From Octopus sinensis (taxonomy: Eukaryota): 12,123 nucleotides of DNA. The stretch is taken from the NCBI RefSeq assembly GCF_006345805.1, contig NW_021826648.1, positions 1-12,123 on the forward strand, read 5' to 3'. A model generated the notes under the pieces. It was not told the origin of the DNA, did not search any database, and saw only the letters and a list, made by a program, of their open reading frames with translations. Position numbers and translations under genes: made by a program. Shown in pieces: positions 9,440 through 12,123 of this stretch (position 1 is its first letter; every line of letters starts with the position of its first letter).

Positions 9440-9950
9440 TACGTATGTATAAATGTGGTTGCCTCTGCGTGTGTGTGAGTGTGTATGTATATGTATGCAT
9501 GCATCATGCATGTGTGTATATATGTATGTATGTATGTATGTATGGAAGTATGTATATATATAAATAGACATATACATACGTATATATATATATATATATA
9601 TACACATACATTATGGGTAATGTTGAATGTATGGAAGTATGTATAATTTATATATATATATGTGTGTGTGGGTGTATGTATGTATGGTGTGTATGTGTTG
9701 ACATATAAAGATACACTCTATATATATGTATATATATATATATATATATAATAATTAAATATATATATATATATATAACAGTAAATATTATTTGTATGCA
9801 CACACGTATATATATATATACGCCTTTATGTATGTAATTATGCGTGCATACATATTTATATATATCTATACTCACACACATATATTCATACATATATATA
9901 TATATATAATATAATATATATAATATATATATATATATCCATATACACAC
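9440..9950. repeat. Compound (TA)n/(TATG)n/(TG)n microsatellite
   Basis: Seen directly in the sequence. Confidence 0.9.
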
Positions 9951-10470
9951 TCGCATGCCAGTCAGGGATACAAACAGGGAGATAGAGAAGAGATGTAATG
10001 GCGAGTGCCTGTGTGTCAAAAGAAAGTGAGTATTGTCATATCTCTCCCTCCCTTTGCTGCTATAAGATATTTTCGTTTGGTCTTCAAACAGTTGAGACAT
10101 TAAGAACAAAAAGACGAAATCTCTGAGATAAGACATTTCTGAACACTACCAACAATGAAACAGAATACATCACGAAATATCAGGTATTGTATTTCTTGTC
10201 AGTGTGCTTGCGAGTGCGTACGTTTGTGTGTATGTGTGTGTGTGTGTGGTCTGGTCACTAGTTCAGCATGTCTACAGGGTAAATGTCGCATCTGATATCT
10301 CTGCACATGGAAATGTGTCAGCGAGAAGAATGCAAACTTTCAAAGCAAGTCTGCACACCTAACCTCTAATCACGTGTAAACAAGGCTGCTGGCACCTGGT
10401 CGTTTAATTTCCTAAAAATGGTGTACAATGTCCTCCTCAAATCACACTGTTCTGTCTTAAAAATAGGAAA

Positions 10471-10553
10471 GCGTCTTGTATTGTAGCCTGGGGTCAACCA
10501 ATGCCTTGTGAGTGGATTTAGTAGATGGAAACTGAAAGAAGCCTGTCATATAT
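10471..10553 (+). mobile_element. Internal fragment of SINE family B
   Basis: GCGTCTTGTATTGTAGCCTGGGGTCAACCAATGCCTTGTGAGTGGATTTAGTAGATGGAAACTGAAAGAAGCCTGTC aligns with 12043-12107 and with the reverse complement of 7838-7916. Confidence 0.88.
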
Positions 10554-10606
10554 CTGTGTGTATGAGTGTAACAATTACATCATCCACTAATACACAAAAG
10601 CTGATA

Positions 10607-10846
10607 TCTTCTTTTATTTCTCTTTTAATCGTTTTAGTCATTAGACCGCGGCCATGCTGGAGCACTCTCTTAAGAGGTTTTAATCGAATGAATTCACATC
10701 AACATTTGTTTTTATTTGTTTTTGTTTGTTTTTGTTGTTGTTGTTTTTTTTTTGTTTTAAGCCTGGTACTTATCCTATCGGTCTCTTTTGCCGAACCGTT
10801 TAGTTACACAAAACACCGTTGGTCAAGAGGTAGGGGACAAAGATAG

Positions 10847-10881
<35 letters not shown>

Positions 10882-11224
10882 TGCACACACACACACACAC
10901 CCACATACAACGCACACACACACCACACACACACACATACACGCACACACAGACACACCACACATGCACACACACACACCACACACACATACACGCACAC
11001 ACACCACACACACCCCACACACATAACAACACATACACGCACACACACAGCACACACACATACACGCACACACACACACAGCACACACACCACACACTAC
11101 ACGCACACACCACACACACCCACACAAAACACACCATACACACACAGGAAAGCATATGTATGACTGGAACCTGAACCATGTGGCTGAAAATCAAACTTCC
11201 TGTCACACAGCCACGCCAGCTCCT
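10607..11224 (-). mobile_element. Degenerate SINE family B copy with an expanded (CA)n tract and a deleted central body
   Basis: 10607-10846 is homologous to 7553-7750, sharing GCGGCCATGCTGGAGCAC, AAGCCTRGTACTTAT, CTATCGGTCT..TTTGCCGAACC and GGGGACAAA. The (CA)n tract spans 10847-11145. 11161-11224 is homologous to the tRNA-like head at 7938-8000 (GAACCATGTGG...CACACAGCCAC). Confidence 0.82.
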
Positions 11225-11799
11225 CTTTTCATTCCGTTCATTGTTTTAAACACGTCTATCTTTCATGAAGCGCCAAAACGTTTCATCGCGTTTATATGCT
11301 TTAGCTACAGACAAAAACACCACCTCGGCTCCACTAGGCATTTGCATTGCGACTTATTATATTTCTCATACCATTGTATTAACGTCTGTTTTATCATGAA
11401 ACATATATACATTTACCAGTTAGAGTGATAAATTACTAAAAACTTCGCTATTCTTTTTCTAGGGTAGGGTCTTGATGAATTACATTTCTAATACTCTCAC
11501 TAACTCCAAAATACAAATGAGAAATTCAGTGTCAAACACCATAGAGAAACATACTTTCAAAGATATTACCAACAATGAAACAAACACAGAAAATATGTTC
11601 CATTCTTCTTTGTCTGCGATACAACAAATACCATTCTTTTAAAACATTTTTTAGAAATAAACAGCAGATTGTTTTTTCGGGCTTTTTTGCTTCTTCTTCT
11701 TAACAACGCTTTTTATTAATGTAAAATAATGTTTTGACAATTGAATTCAGTACAAGAATGAAAATTATTTCAGCCTTTCTATTACAAGTAATTTCAAAA

Positions 11800-11813
11800 A
11801 TATTATTATTATA

Positions 11814-11881
<68 letters not shown>

Positions 11882-11930
11882 GTTGTTGTTGTAATTATTA
11901 TTATTGTTATTGTTATTATCATTATTATTA
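11800..11930. repeat. (ATT)n microsatellite
   Basis: Near-perfect ATT run at 11802-11880, then a GTT/ATT mix. Confidence 0.95.
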
Positions 11931-11954
11931 AGGCGGCAAACTGGCAGAATCGTT
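11930..11954 (+). mobile_element. 25-nt 5' stub of SINE family A
   Basis: AAGGCGGCAAACTGGCAGAATCGTT has an A-box-like TGGCAGAATCG. It corresponds to the 5' end of the minus-strand element at 1908-1892 (12/17 identity) and to the family 5' end as recalled. Confidence 0.6.
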
Positions 11955-11955
11955 G

Positions 11956-12120
11956 TAGGCGCAGGAGTGGCTGTGTGATAAGTAGCTTGCTTACCAACCA
12001 CATGGTTCCGGGTTCAGTCCCACTGCGTGGCAACTTGGGTAGGTGTCTTCTACCGACCAAAGCCTTGTGAGTGGATTTGGTAAATGAAAACTGAAAGAAG
12101 CCCGACGTATATATATATAT
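11956..12120 (+). mobile_element. SINE family B, head and body (may continue beyond the window)
   Basis: A-box-like TGGCTGTGTGA (11968-11978) and B-box-like GGTTCAGTCCC (12011-12021). By hand alignment it differs from the reverse complement of 7835-8001 by about 16 substitutions and one 13-nt deletion. Confidence 0.92.
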
Positions 12121-12123
12121 GGA

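Noticed and set aside
9539-9645. Direct repeat TGTATGGAAGTATGTATA at about 9539 and 9628 as a target-site duplication
   Set aside because: It is embedded in TATG microsatellite and encloses mostly low-complexity DNA, so slippage duplication is sufficient.
11956-12030. Genuine tRNA genes at the SINE heads (also 7930-8001 and 1830-1908)
   Set aside because: A/B boxes are present, but no full cloverleaf was found and each continues into SINE body sequence.
15-12060. All ORFs in the supplied track as protein-coding genes, including the 304-aa ORF 4001-4915 and the 223-aa ORF 5415-6086
   Set aside because: They are stop-free translations of microsatellites (YI, HT, CV, SL, poly-I/M/D) or of SINE/MITE sequence. 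No recognisable domain or exon structure was found.

Overview
This window is AT-rich, non-coding eukaryotic DNA (intronic or intergenic), about half of it simple or compound microsatellite. None of the ORFs in the track is a credible protein; they are translations of (TA)n, (CA)n, (CATA)n, (CT)n, (ATT)n and (GAT)n tracts or of SINE sequence. The unique-looking islands are mostly small mobile elements. These are two families of tRNA-derived SINEs in several full, partial, inverted and possibly nested copies, and a Tc1/mariner-like MITE present as two partial copies. From memory these families match Octopus repeats, so an octopus origin is inferred but was not checked by a search. The main find is a ~490 bp non-coding element (306-797) inserted in (TA)n. 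It is bounded by a 15-nt direct repeat 472 nt apart and carries a complete minimal type I hammerhead ribozyme on the minus strand (498->451) with a palindromic helix III. This is the architecture of Penelope-like-element pLTRs and non-LTR retrozymes (self-cleaving RNAs that can circularise). A second, defective hammerhead-like core lies inside a hairpin at 2014-2057.
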